A stretch of DNA of 64,000 bases from the human T2T-CHM13v2.0 reference genome, Homo sapiens (GCF_009914755.1 NC_060928.1), one strand, 5' to 3'. Shown: positions 24,480 through 39,893, counted from the stretch's first letter. The notes: generated from the letters alone by a model not told the origin. Program-made: numbers and translations.

Positions 24480-24890
24480 TGGTGCAATTTTAAACCTGCT
24501 TAATATTGTTGTATTGAGAATTAAATGAGTTAAATAAATGGATGATGTTTGTACTGTGCCTAACTCAGTGTCTGGCACACAATGAGAATTTAATAATAAT
24601 GAATAGCTGTTATTATCTAAGTCCTGTTGTGAACTTGTTAAATTGTGATCTGCCTTCAAATGGAGTACACAGTAAGGACAACGTAATATTAAGTACAACT
24701 AACATTTGCCTACATTTTACTTTTGTACAAAGTATGATAAAATACATCATTTCATTTAAGTCTCATAAATTCCACAGTGTAGTTACTATTATCTTCCTCA
24801 TTATAACAATGGGGGTGGGGCTGAATCTTGGATAGTTTAAGTGCTTGCTGAAGGTCCAAGCTAATATACGTTACAGTGAGAGCAGATTGT
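24480..24890. mobile_element. Two MIR fragments in opposite orientation
   Basis: ttgttgtattgagaattaaatgag...cagtgtctggcacac (+) and catttaagtctcata...ttatcttcctcattata...aagtgcttgctgaaggtc (-). Confidence 0.55.
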
Positions 24891-25029
24891 CTTCAGAAAT
24901 CCACTTAGTGGTTCTCATGAACTGCAGTTTTACCTTAGATGTAATTAATTAAGTCTCTGATAAGTATAATTACTTTTTTTTCCCCTCATTTCTTATAGTC
25001 ACATGTATTGTCCCATAAAGGATACAGCT

Positions 25030-25215
25030 TTGGTGTGCAGAACAGCTATCTGGAAAGCTTGTTAAAACAATGAATTCCTTTCTTTCTTTCCCTCCCTGAC
25101 TCTAAAAATTCTTATTCAGGATTTCTGGCATAGGGCAGAGAGGTTGCCTTCCTAACAAGCTCCAGGAGGTGCTAAGGGTACTGGTTCTGGGGCCACATTT
25201 TGACAAACACTGCCT
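25030..25215. mobile_element. MER5A/B hAT MITE
   Basis: atctggaaagcttgttaaaaca...ctaacaagctccaggaggtgctaa...ggccacattttgacaaacactg. Confidence 0.65.
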
Positions 25216-27181
25216 CAAGCTATTTTTACCATCAGTGAATATCTTGCACTACATTTCACGAAGAAACTTCACAGTCATTGCTTTATTTAGGCAGAAAGGA
25301 TGCAGCAGCCCTCTTTTCCAAATAATTTGTCCTGAGATGCATCTTTTTGGCAATCATTCTATCGAGCTCCTAATCAGGCACGAATAGAATAACCATTTGT
25401 AATACTGGTGATGGAGGCACCCTTGCAAATTTCAGGGGAAGTTTTGGTGCACAGCACTTTTCACTGTCTTCCGACAGCAATTTCAGGCTCCTGCTGCCTG
25501 CCCCGTGACCATCTCTCGTTAAACCTCTGTGAGTAGCCCTGCTGCAACCATGAATGATACTCTGAGGGCTTCACACAGGCTGGGTTTATTGAGCTGCATT
25601 ATAGGAGACTATATCTCAGATGGCCCCAGTGCAGCCAAAACAATCTGTCACTTTTAATTCTTCCTGTCACCTCATTAAGTATATGGCAACATTGACAATA
25701 AAACACATTTTCAAACAAACAACACACGCACCACCCCAATTGCAACATTTCCTCCTCTTATATTCAGATGTTGTTATAAATATCCAGTCATTGAAAGATT
25801 CATTGAACAAACATATGTGCCAGGGTACTGTATATAACTGACAGAGGCACAGAATAGTCTCCATGGACACATAAAGCAATTAAAAATAACTGTGCTTCCA
25901 AGCGGGCTACTGTAATACAAAGGTCATGCCCATAAATATGAACAGGGTGGCAGTAATGTCTCTATCCAAATATACCCCCAAACACATAACTACAACAGTT
26001 CAGAACTCAAAGGTTAATGTAAAAAAAAGAAATCCCTGAAATTATTCCATATTCATCTTATGCCTTTTACTTCTTGTGGTCTTTTCATCAAAGGTTAATA
26101 TATGTGAATACAGTGGGAAAATAGTATCAAGGCCAAATGTGTGTCATCAGGAACTATTTTACTCAGTGAAAAATATTTACCCTTGTACATACGATAAAAT
26201 GAAGGAGCTGTAGTACATTTTTTGTGAAAGAAAAAAAATGTCTATTGCTTCCTCCCCCTTTCTTTACTAGGTTGCTTGTTTTTACATTAACTGCACTGAA
26301 GTTTGAATTTTACTCAAAGCTCTAGAGAGACTGTTCTGAGAGCCGGGATAGTTTTTGCAGTAACACACTGAGTGTGATAATAAGGTTTATGCATGGTTGT
26401 AAAGAATGTGCTGACAGATGGAAAAGAAGCCACCTCAGTCTGCACAGTATTCATTTTTATATATATTCAAAAAATTCATACAACACCTGACACTCATTCA
26501 AACAGCAGTTCTTCCTCCTGCTGTCTCCTGGAAACAGAAATATTTTAGAGTATATAGAAAAAAATCCAACCCCCAGTGGACTGATTCACTAAAATTTCAA
26601 GTTCTGCGCACATCAGAGTAACACAGGCTCCTGCATTACCATTCAAGGTGTCATGTGCGATGAAAAACTTATTCCCACCAAATATGGATCTTTACGTAGT
26701 ATGTGCCTTAGATAGTGAGCAAGTAAATTCAGCAAGGAAAAAGATGTGAACAGAATGTCTCCTACAAAGCAGAGGCATTTCCCACCCTTCCTCTGAAAAG
26801 CAAAAGGAGAGCTTCTTTGCCAAAGATTTGCTTTCATCAAGGGATATTAAAATATGAGAGCAGATTATATTCGAGCATTTAGGTCATCTGTGCCTCTGTG
26901 ATGTTGTGACATTTGAGAGCACATTGATTAAAAGAAAAGAGCAGTCTGAGGTAAATTCTTTGCTTTTAATAATAATGAAACAATGACTAACCCACGTAGC
27001 ACCTTGATTCTCTAAGGCATCAGCTTTCTAGAGAAAAAAAAGCAACTCCCAAATTCTTCTATCTCCTAGAACTTATTACTATTTTCTTAGAAAAGCCTAA
27101 TTCTTGATTTAAAAAGAATAAAAGTTAAAAAAAAAACAGTTATTTTCCATTCATCCTCAACCTTTGGACTGAATGCATCTG

Positions 27182-27541
27182 TCATATGGTTTGGTTGTGT
27201 TCCCATGCAAATCTTAATCTTGAGTTGTAGCTCCCATATTTCCCACATGTTATAAGAGGGGGCTGATGGAAGGTAATTAAATTATGGAGTGGGTTTTTCC
27301 CATGCTGTTCTCACGATAATGAATAAGTCTCATGAGAGCTGAGGGTATTATAAAGCACAGTTACCCTACACAAGCTTGCTCTTGCCTGCCTCCATGTAAA
27401 ATGTGACTTTGCTCCTCCTTTGCCTTCTGCCATGATTGTGAGGCCTCCCCAGCCATGTGGAACTGGGAGTCAATTAAACCTCTTTCCTTATAAATTACCT
27501 AGTCTCAGCATGTCTTTATTAGCAGTGTGAAGACTAATACA
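27182..27541 (+). mobile_element. THE1B-like solo LTR
   Basis: tcatatggtttggttgtgttccc...ccttctgccatgattgtgaggcctccccagccatgtggaac...gactaataca; TSD ATCTG/ATCCG. Confidence 0.9.
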
Positions 27542-27544
27542 ATC

Positions 27545-27837
27545 CGTATTTGTTTTCTAGGGCTGCTGTGCCAAAGCACCACAAATTGAATGACATACAC
27601 AACAGAATTTATTATCTCACAGCTCTGGAGGCCAGAATTTCCAAAATCAAGGTGTTGGCAGAGTTTGTTTCTTCTGAGGGCTGTGAAGGAAGGATCTGTT
27701 CTAGGCTTCTCTCCTTAGCTTTTAGATGGCCATCTTCTCCCTGTGCCTCTTCATATCATCTTCTCTCTTGTGTGTCTCTGTGAAGTATTGGACTTCAATG
27801 TGTGATTTTTTGACAGGATACAATTCAATCCATAACA
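27545..27837 (-). mobile_element. MLT1B/C-like LTR with internal deletion
   Basis: gtatttgttttctagggctgctgtg...caacagaatttattatctcacagctctggaggccag...caattcaatccataaca. Confidence 0.82.
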
Positions 27838-28496
27838 CATCTTGTACTCAAAAAAGGAAAAAAAAAAAACAAGCAATATCAACAAAACAAAACTTGGATC
27901 CTCCCACTTGTGCCATCTCTTACCCTGCTGCCTTCCCAAACAGAGATGACTCATACATCCCCAGAGCAGATTCCAAAGACAAGAGTAATTTTTTTCATTA
28001 TTGCTAAGATGCTGCTAAATTATTGCATCCATTAACTTTCATGTCTCACAAATTCCAAAGAACCAGCTATACGTTTCCTACTTTTATGATGTGTTCTCAT
28101 ATACTAACCTCAAAATTAATCCCGACATTTGACCATTACTTGAACAGTTGGTCATTATTCTCTCATCAAATTCTGGCATGACTGTTGGTCACTTCTGTAG
28201 CCATGTGAATTAGCCACCCAGCAATCTACCCAATTTGCTATTGACCTTTTCAACTCAAGTGTGCTCAGCTACAGTCTACTGCTGCTGCCTAATCATATAT
28301 ATACTCTATCTGGCCTGTATCTTGTATTTATGTATCAGCTCTAAAAGTTTAAATTTGAATACTCATTCTTTGACTTTTATCTGCTTACGTCAGTCTTCTC
28401 CTTTCTCTACTTCCTTTATAGCATCAGTTACCAAATTATGTTATTACAAGGAGCAATAGTGTTTTAGCATGTTCATAGGAGAGACACAGAGGAAGA

Positions 28497-28861
28497 TTTT
28501 AGTACGTTTTCACACTGCTGTAACTACCTGAGACTGGGTAATTTATGAAGAAAAGAGGTGTAATTGACTCAGTGCTGTAGGCTTAACAGGAAGCATGACT
28601 GTGAGGCCTCAGGAAACTTACAGTCGTGGCAGAAGGCAAAGGGGAAGCAGGCATGTCTTACCATGGCAGAGCATAAGAGAGAGCAAGGGGGGAAGTGCCG
28701 TACACTTTCAAACAGCCAGGTCTCACGAGAAACTCATTCACTATCATGAGAACAGCAAGGAGGAAGTCTGCCCCCATGATTGAATCACTTCCCACCAGGC
28801 CCCTGTGGGAATTATAATTCAAGATGAGATTTTGGTGGGGACACAGAGTCCAACCATATTA
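28497..28861 (-). mobile_element. THE1D/MSTA-like solo LTR
   Basis: gttttcacactgctg...ggcttaacaggaagcatg...gaggcctcaggaaacttac...ggggacacagagtccaaccatat. Confidence 0.88.
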
Positions 28862-29814
28862 AAGATAAAATGGTGTGCAGGGATAATGAAAGTTGAAATG
28901 TTTCTTTACTGAAGAATTACAAACACTAACATTTATTCTGAATAAGATTTTGTAATGGTTTTAACTAAATTTATGTGAACAATTAAAAAAGCCTGCTGAT
29001 CTACTGAACACCAGTTTGGTAAATAGTTATAACTATTCTTTTATCTATAACACCTAATACCCACTCTTCATTTTATTTACCCACTTAGCATTCTTTGATA
29101 TACCCCTTACTGTACTCTTTTGCTAAATGTTCTTTCCACCTACTTTTATTTTCAAATTCCACTCTGCAACTCTATGTCCTGTCTATTCCCATGCATATAT
29201 TTATGCTTTCCAACTTTCAGTAAGCCTTCAGAACTGCAAATAAGAATATCCATGCTAATTCTTCTTCTAATTTCATGAACATGTCATATATTATTATTTC
29301 CTAGATTACCTACTCATCCACCTAACTCTCCTCTACGTCACAAGAAAAAGCAACACTAATTGCCATTGTGTAGGGAAACGCTCAACTTCTGACTCTAATG
29401 TAGAACAGCATGCATGGCCACATATCCTCTTATATTCCTTCCATTTTCAGTGAAAAGCAATTCCTTTCTGAAGGCAAATTAGTCCCAGTCTCTCTCTATT
29501 TCTCCTACCATCTCAGGGACTGTTCTCCATCTTTTGTCCCTCTTCTGTGTCTTCAGCCTCTTCTCTACCAATTCTTTCTCCAGGATTATTAACCAATTCC
29601 AAGGGTTCTCACTTTAATTTTGCTTTTCTTTTACTCAACTTCCTTGAATTTTGGACTTGTCTTCCTTTTCAACAAAGTAATTTACTCTCATAATTTCAAT
29701 GTTCTCACTTACAATAACTTTCTTCAATTTTCTGAAAATATGGGCACTTCCATCAGCATTACAGTATAGCTTTTTCTTTTTTTTTTTTTTTTTTTAAGAC
29801 TCTTATTTATGGCA

Positions 29815-30050
29815 TTCATTTGGCACAGAGAAAGGAAGAAAGTGTGAACTTTGGATCCTCACACTAGAGTTTGGGTTTCAATTTCAGTTTTTCAGCTTCT
29901 TAGCATTATGGCCATTGGCAGTTTTTCTTAGTCTTCTTGAGCTCCAGTTTTTTCTTCTGCAAAGGGGCAAGGATAATTTTATCTAAGCAGGATTTTTGGA
30001 GGAATAAATTAGGCATTTTATAAAAAGCTTCTAAAAGTTAGTCAATAAGT
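29815..30050 (+). mobile_element. MIR fragment
   Basis: tggcacagagaaagga...ctttgga...ccattggcagtttttcttagtcttcttgagctccagttttttcttctgcaaa. Confidence 0.55.
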
Positions 30051-30060
30051 TTTAACTGTC

Positions 30061-30428
30061 TGATATTGTTTGTCTCTGTGTCCGCACCCAAATCTCACCT
30101 TGAATTATAATCCCCATAAACCCCATGTGTTGAGGGAGGCACCTGTTGGGAGGTGACTGGATCACAGGGCTGGTTTCTCACCTGCTGTTCTCATGATAGT
30201 GAGTGATTTCTTACAAGAGCCGATGTTTTTTAAAGTGTTTGGCAATTTCCTTCATACCCTTGCTGCCATGTAGGATGTGCCTTTGCTTTTCCTTTATCTT
30301 CTGTCATGATTGTAAGTTTCCTGAGGTCTCCCAGCAATGGAGAACTGTGAGTCAATTAGACCTCTTTCCTTTGTAAATTACCTAGTCTCGGGTATTTCTT
30401 CATAGCAGTGTGAGAATGGACTAATACA
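30061..30428 (+). mobile_element. THE1D-like solo LTR
   Basis: tgatattgtttgtctctgtgtcc...gactaataca; perfect 5-bp TSD CTGTC. Confidence 0.92.
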
Positions 30429-31354
30429 CTGTCCTACCCATTGACTTCACTCTTGCTTCATCATTTGACACTGCTGTTTACTCTCTCATTGAAATTCTCC
30501 CTCCCTGTTCATGTAGCACCACTGTCTATTGTGCCTCTTCTTAGTGTTGTGGCTGTTTCCTACCTTGTCATCATTCCTTCACACTTAATATTGATGTCTG
30601 TTAGTTTTTCCTCTCTAAATTTTCCTTCCTTCTTAATATAAATTTTCTCTAAGTTCCAACTACCATTTCTAAAGATTCATTTTTTTAAAAATTCTGCAAC
30701 CTGGGAAATTTGTGTAATGCCAGACGGGTATGTCTAATTATTCACTGCACATCTCAACATGAATTCATTTTTTTCAATGAAGTTAATGAATTTAAGTTTA
30801 AATTAAATTCAAACTTAAAACGTGTAATAATGAATTTATTGTCTGTCTTCACTATAAAATTGTCACCTTGTATCCCTTGTCTCAATAAGTGAGACCACTG
30901 TTGGCATACATGAGGCACTTTTAGATGCTATACTATCACAGCAATAATTCAATTGAATTACCTAATTAAAATGACATTATTTTTTTCATTTTTTTTTTCA
31001 AGCCTTTCAGAATACAGCAAGAAGAAAGCTTCTGTTTTGGACTTAGTATGTCTTTGGTCCTTTTAATGCACTTCGAAAGCTCCTATTTTAACAAATAGAG
31101 ATCAGTTTTAGAACCTTTAACGTGGTAAAATTTAAAAATGTTGACTTTGTCAATTTTGTCTTTAAATTCTATTTATGGTAAATAATCCATTGTTTTAAAA
31201 AGTGAACCAGCTTCCTCAAGAAATAGGATTAGCTAAACATCAGTGAACAATAAACCAATAAAAGTTTTCCAAGTGTGAGTTTTAAAATGCAAATATAAAA
31301 ATACAGTTTTTAAAAAACAACTCACGTACTTTAAGATTTTAAATAATCATAATC

Positions 31355-33249
<1,895 letters not shown>

Positions 33250-34937
33250 GTAATTAAAACAGCATGGTATGGGTAAAAAAACAAACACATAGACCAATAA
33301 AACAAGAAATAACTCGGAAATAAAAATACACACCTACAATCATCTGATCTTTGACAAACCTGACAAAATGCAGCAATGAGGAAAGCAATCCCTATTTAAC
33401 AAATGATTCTGAGAGAACTGGCTAGCCATTATGCAGAAAATTGAAACTGGACCCCTTCCTTACATTCTATGCAAAATTCAACTCAAGATGGATTAAAGAC
33501 TTAAATGTAAAACTCAAAACTGTAAAAACACTAGAGAAAATCTAGGCAATACTATTCAGGACATGGGCGTGGGTAAAAACTTCATGACAAAAATGCCAAA
33601 AGCAATTGCAACAAAAGCAAAAATTGACAAATGGGATCGAATTCTACTAAAGAACTTCCACACAACAAAGGAAACTATTATCAGAGTGAACAGACAATCT
33701 GCAAAATGGGAGAAAAATTTTGCAATCTATCCATCTGACAAAGGTCTAATATCCAGCGTCTATAAGGAACTTACACAAATTTACAATAATAAGACAAACA
33801 ACTTCATTAAAAGGTAGGCAAAAGATATGGACAGACACTTCTCAAAAGAAGACATTCATGTGGCCAAGAAACATGAAAAAAAGCTCAACATCACTGATCA
33901 CTAGAGAAACACAAATCAAAACTACAATGAGATACCATCTCATACCAATCAGAATGATGATTATTAAAAAGTCAAGAAACAACAGATGCTGGCAAGGTTG
34001 CAGAGAAAAAGAAATGCTTTCACACTGTTGGTGGGAGTGTAAATAAGTTCAACCACTGTGGAAGACAGTGTGGTGATGACTGAAAGATCTAGAAGCAGAA
34101 ATACCATTCTACCCAGCAATCCCATTACTGGGTGTATACCTAATGGAATATAAATCATTCTATTATAAAGATACATGCACGCCTTTGGGAGGTCGAGGTG
34201 GGTGGATCATGAGTTCAGGAGATCAAGACCATCCTGGCTAACACAGTGAAACCCTGTCTCTACTAAAAATACAAAAAATTAGCCAGGTGTGGTGGTGGGC
34301 GCCTGTAGTCCCAGCTACTTGGGAGGCTGAGACAGGAGAATGGTGTGAACCTGGGAGGCGAGCTTGCAGTGAGCCGAGATCGCACCACTGCGCTCCAGCC
34401 TGGGCGACAGAGGGAGACTCTGTCCCCCCACCCCCCCCCCCCCCAAAAAAAAAAAGATACGTGCACGCGTATGTTCATTGCAGCACTATTCACAATAGCA
34501 AAGACATAGAATCAACCCAAATGCCCATCAATGATAGAGTGGATAAAGAAAATATGGTATATTTACACCATGAAATACTACACAGACATAAAAAGGAATG
34601 AGATCATGTCCTTTGTAGGACATAGATTAGCTGGAAGCCATTATCCTCAGCAAACTAATGCAGGAACAGAAAACCAAACACCTAATGTTCTCATAAGTGG
34701 GAGCTCAGTGATGAGCACACAGGGACACAAGGTCGGGACAATACACACTGGGGCCTGTCGAGGGTGGGGTTGGGGGAGGGAGAACATCAGGAAGAATAGC
34801 TAATGGATGCTGGGCTTAACACCAAGGTGATGGATTGATCTGTGCAGCAGACCACCATAGCACACTTCTAGCTATGCAATAAAACTGCACATCCTGCACA
34901 TATTCCCTGGAACTTAAAAGTTGAAGAAAACAACAAC
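33250..34937 (+). mobile_element. 3' sense segment of the same L1PA element (ORF2 C-terminus, 3'UTR, tail)
   Basis: Plus-strand ORF2p peptides ([22 protein letters not shown]...HCWWECK); 3'UTR gggagaacatcaggaagaatagctaatggatgctgggcttaa is L1PA8A-11 type. Confidence 0.93.
34183..34454 (+). mobile_element. 5'-truncated AluY with poly-C/poly-A tail inside L1
   Basis: Starts ctttgggagg; Y diagnostics; TSD AAAGATAC[A/G]TGCACGC at 34167-34182 and 34453-34468. Confidence 0.93.
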
Positions 34938-34939
34938 AA

Positions 34940-34975
34940 ATCATCATCATCATCATCATCGTCATTATCATGATC
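34940..34975. repeat. (ATC)n microsatellite at the L1 3' junction
   Basis: atcatcatcatcatcatcatcgtcattatcatgatc. Confidence 0.9.
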
Positions 34976-35049
34976 TAAAATATTAGATTAAAGGAAAAAA
35001 GTAATGAAAGTTTGTTTTACTTATCAAGAGATAGTGATTAGATACAAAC

Positions 35050-36230
35050 TTTTTTAAAATAAAGTTTTAACTTTACAGAGAAATTGTAAAGATAGTACAG
35101 AGAGTTTCCATAGGTCCTGAATAATTTCATCTATTATTAACATCTTTTGTAAGTTGATCACCTGGCTAACATGGCGTTTGTTTGTGTCATGTTTCTCCAC
35201 TGTAAAGTTTTCTTCTTCTCATTGAACAATATACTCTCTTGAAGGAAGTCACTACGTTCTGTCCACAGTCAAGATGTAGGGCCTTATGCAAGCAGATTAT
35301 CCACTTTCTTGCAAGCAGATTATCCGTATAATGTATGCAATTTATTATTAAAACATAGGTTATTGGGAAATCCCAGGATGGAATGTGGAATGTGACAAAT
35401 CAATCTCACTGTATTACAAATGTGGGAAGCAACATCACCACAAAGGATGATGGATAACACGCTGATTTAACTAGAAACGAGTGGAATTTGTAAAATTACA
35501 GGCAAAAAACAGTGCATATTAAGTATGGGAATTGAGTGGAAAATGTTGTTTCGTACAGAACAATTAGTTTAAAATTATTGTACTGCTCTACATGTATACA
35601 AGAATTGAACAGTTAAGTAAGTGGATGGTGGGTAATGGGGGCCAGGTGGGAAGTCAGGATTTACCCATAAGCAAAGGGAGGAGGCTAGAATAATCCATAT
35701 TTTAATAGATAAGAGTTGTAGACATCAGTATGAACTCATGTGTAACTTTATATACATATGTATGGTTACATAGAAGAAGTATTTATAGATGTGTATATAC
35801 ACAGGTTAGTATACATGTATATGTTTTCTTCATCAACCTGGAAGTAAAAACATCCCAGTATGTTAACGAGTATATCTGGAGCTCAGGTCTTGGTTCTGAG
35901 TACCATTCTTAAATAAAAGGAGCCAAGGCTCCTTTAAGAAATGGCTGGTCTAGGCCTGGGGCTTGGAGCATCTTGTATTGCTAATGGTAAGGAAATGATG
36001 AGGAAAAAAAAAACCAAAAAAACAAAATTCTGCTCTGACGGAACCCTGTCAAAGGATACAGAGACACTCAAAGAGCTTCTAATAGCCAAACCTGGAATAA
36101 TGGGAACTAATAAAGTTAAATAATATTAGATTATAAAATAAATATGTATGATCCCACATGGGTATCAATTATTGAATATGTAAATGAGGGAGAAGAAACA
36201 AGTATCCCATGCAGAAAAAAATTAAAATGT
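35050..36230. mobile_element. L1MC 3'UTR fragments (minus to about 35340, then plus)
   Basis: tttacagagaaattgtaaagatagtacagagagtttcc (-); gaaatcccaggatggaatg...ctgtattacaaatg...gagttgtagacatcagtatgaactcatg (+). Confidence 0.7.
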
Positions 36231-36383
36231 AATTTTATAAAAGATAAGACCACTAATTTTTTTTCAAATATTTTAAGGTTGATTCAGGGAAAAATACAGA
36301 ATAAAAGCATGATTTTCAAATTACAAACTAGCATTAAAAAATAGTTAAAAAATAGATCATGGTCAAAAAAAAAAAAAAGAACG

Positions 36384-36936
<553 letters not shown>

Positions 36937-37529
36937 CACTTATCAGGGAAATTAAATAAAAATGGAAGACTAAAGATCAAATGCAACATTTATTTTTTTC
37001 ATATAAGAAATGTTAATTCATTCTTTCTGAGGTTATGCTAAGACCAATTCATGTTGAAAAATTTTCCAGGCTATTCCAAATTGTATTGAATTTTGTGAGC
37101 TGCTGATACTACAGAAAAAATTTTTAGAAGTATCTATGTTACATTATGAAACAAAAGGAATACAACATCAAATGTAGAGAACATTTTTGTAAAGATTATT
37201 TAAATTCTTTATACTTTTTAGAATATCAATGAAATGAATAATTTTCCAGAAGGAATTTTTTTGTTAAAATTAATACTTTATGATGAAGCTTAAAATAATT
37301 TCATAAATATCAAATAAATAGAAAATAATATCAACGAAATAATTATCAAAAGATCATTCTCACCAAATAATTTAGGTTGTGTTTTGAAACTGATGTGAGT
37401 TTAACTAGTTCATATTATAAAAATTGATGGAAAGCTTCCAAATTTCAATTATGAATAAAGCATAATCATGCGCCAAAACATAAGAAAAATGGAACATTTA
37501 AAAAAAAGAGATTAAACATCTTTAGAACC

Positions 37530-37895
37530 ACAGCTGCAAAATATTAGCAAATCAGATGTAGCTCCTTACTAAATGATAGCGCACTCTGACCAAATAGGTT
37601 TTTATTCCAGGAATGCACTAACAATTCAATATTAGGAAACCAAATAATAATTCATCACAACAATCGATCAAAGGAGAAAAAAAAATTTTATCTTGAGAGA
37701 TACTGAAAAAGTACTTTAAACTAATTCAACATCAATTATTGATAAAAAGTGTTAGTCAATTAGGAATTGGAGATCAAGAATAAATCCCCAAAATGATGAA
37801 GGCTAGCTATTTCAAACTGACAGCAAACATTATGTCTAATTGTAAAACATTAGAATCATTGTCCCTGAAGTCAGGAATAAGGGAACGATCGCTCT
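37530..37895 (+). mobile_element. Ancient L1M ORF2 fragment
   Basis: caaaatattagcaaatc...tttattccaggaatgca...cagcaaacattat...aagtcaggaataaggga resembles the RT region. Confidence 0.65.
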
Positions 37896-38417
37896 TATTG
37901 TTTTCTCAGTTAATTTATTTTTAAGTAAGTATTATTGATGTATAAACAGTAAAATAGTCTTTTAAGTATACAGTTTGATGAGTTTAGACAAATGTAGTTA
38001 TATAATTATCAGAATAAAAATGGAATTTTTTTTCAGTTCATCATATTTTCTCTTGCCCTTTTGCCTCTCTGTCAGTTTCCAGGCCTTGATGACGACTCTT
38101 CTGATAACTTTCCCTGTATATTTAGTATATTTATCTTTTTTATTAGAATGTCCTGTCATATAGTATATAGCTTCTGTGCAATATATGATGCTTTCAAAAT
38201 TCATCCATGTTGTTGCATGTATCACTAGTTTATTATTTTTTATTGCTGGGTACTATTTCCTTATATGGATATATTACATGTTTATTCATTTATAAGATAC
38301 ATTTTTGCATTATTCCTGATATTTAGTTAGTATGAATAAAATTGGTATAAACATTTGTGTACATGTCTTTGTGTGAAGATAGGTTTTTGGTTCTCTTTGC
38401 TGAATATACAAAAATAG

Positions 38418-38808
38418 TGTCTTAGACCATTTTGTATTGCTATAACAGAATACCACAGACTGGGTAACTTATAAAGAAAAGAAATTTATAGCTCTGAAGG
38501 CTGGGAAGTCCAAGGTAGAGGGGCCCACATCTGGCGAGGGCCTTGCTGCTGTGTCTTCCTAGGGGTAAAGGTGGGAAGGCAAGAGAGCAGGAGAAAGTAA
38601 GAGAGAAAGGTGGCCAAACTTGTTCCTTTTATTGAGAACCCACTCCCATGAGAACTAATCTACTCCTGCTATAATCCCATTAATCCATTGATGAGGGCAG
38701 GCTCCTCATGACCTAATCACCTCTTAAAGGTCCCAACTCTTAACACTGTTGCATTGGGAATTAAGTTTCCAGTACATGAACTTTGAGGGACATACTTAAA
38801 ACAGAGCA
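38418..38808 (-). mobile_element. MSTC-like solo LTR
   Basis: tgtcttagaccattttgtattgctataacagaataccacagactgggtaa...; perfect 5-bp TSD AATAG. Confidence 0.9.
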
Positions 38809-38834
38809 AATAGAATTACTAGATTATATAATCA

Positions 38835-38835
<1 letters not shown>

Positions 38836-38881
<46 letters not shown>
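38836..38881. repeat. Pure (TA)23 microsatellite
   Basis: Direct reading. Confidence 0.98.
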
Positions 38882-38885
<4 letters not shown>

Positions 38886-39328
38886 TTATAAATATTTGTC
38901 AAACTATTTTCTAGAGAGGTATACTATTTTGCATTTCACAAGATAAGTATGAAAAGTTCTAGATTTCCATATCACCAGCATTTAATATTGTCAGTCTTTT
39001 TAATTTTAGTCATTTTAGCAGATGATAGTGACATCTCATTGTTTTTTATTTGTATTTCTACAATAACTAGATATTTAAACATATTTTATGTGCATATTTG
39101 CCTTCTGTGATTTTCTGCATAGTCAATTATGATATTCATGAATAAAGATTTTTTAACTCTATCTTAAAATCTTGAAATCAGGTAATGAGAATTCTCTTTT
39201 TATTCTCTTTTAATTTCTATCTAAATTTTGGAATCATCTCAATTTCTAAAAGTAAAACAAATACCTTATAATTTGGATTGAGATTGTCTTGAATCTATGC
39301 ATCAATTTGGCAGGGATTGACATTTTTT

Positions 39329-39893
39329 TGTATTAGTCAGGGTCCTTCAGAGGGACGGAACTAATAGGATCTATGTATATATGAAAGGGAGTTTAGTAAT
39401 GAGAATTGACTCACGTGATCACAAGGTGAAGTCTCGCAATAGGCCATCTGAAGGGTGAGAAGGAAGGAAGCCAGTAGTGGCTCAGTCTGAGTCCAAAAGC
39501 CTCAAAGGTAGGGAAGCTGACAGTGCAGTCTTTGGTCTGTAGCCAAAAGCCTGAGAGCCCCCAGCAAACCACTGGTGTAAGGCCGAGTCCAAAGGAGGAA
39601 GAATCTGGAGTCTGATGTTCAAGGACTGGAAGCATCCACAACAGGAGAAAGATGAAAGCTGGAAGACTCAGCAAGCCAGGTTATCCCACCTTCCACCTGG
39701 TTTGTTCTAGCCATGCTGGCAGCCAGTTGAATGGTGCCCACCCACACTGAGGATGGGTCTTTTTCTCCCAGTCCACTTACTCAAATTTCAATTGCCTCTG
39801 GCAACACCCTCACAGGCACACCCAGAAATACATTACCAATTATCTGGGCATCCTTCAATCCACTCAAGTTGACACCTAATATTAACCATCACA
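39329..39893 (-). mobile_element. MLT2A2-like (HERV-L) solo LTR
   Basis: tgtattagtcagggt...gagtccaaaagcctcaaaggtagggaagctgacagtgcag...caagttgacacctaatattaaccatcaca. Confidence 0.9.

Noticed and set aside
27182-30428. Full THE1 element with two LTRs and an internal region
   Set aside because: The two plus-strand LTRs have different TSDs and subtypes, and the interval holds MLT1, another THE1 and MIR/L2 rather than THE1-int
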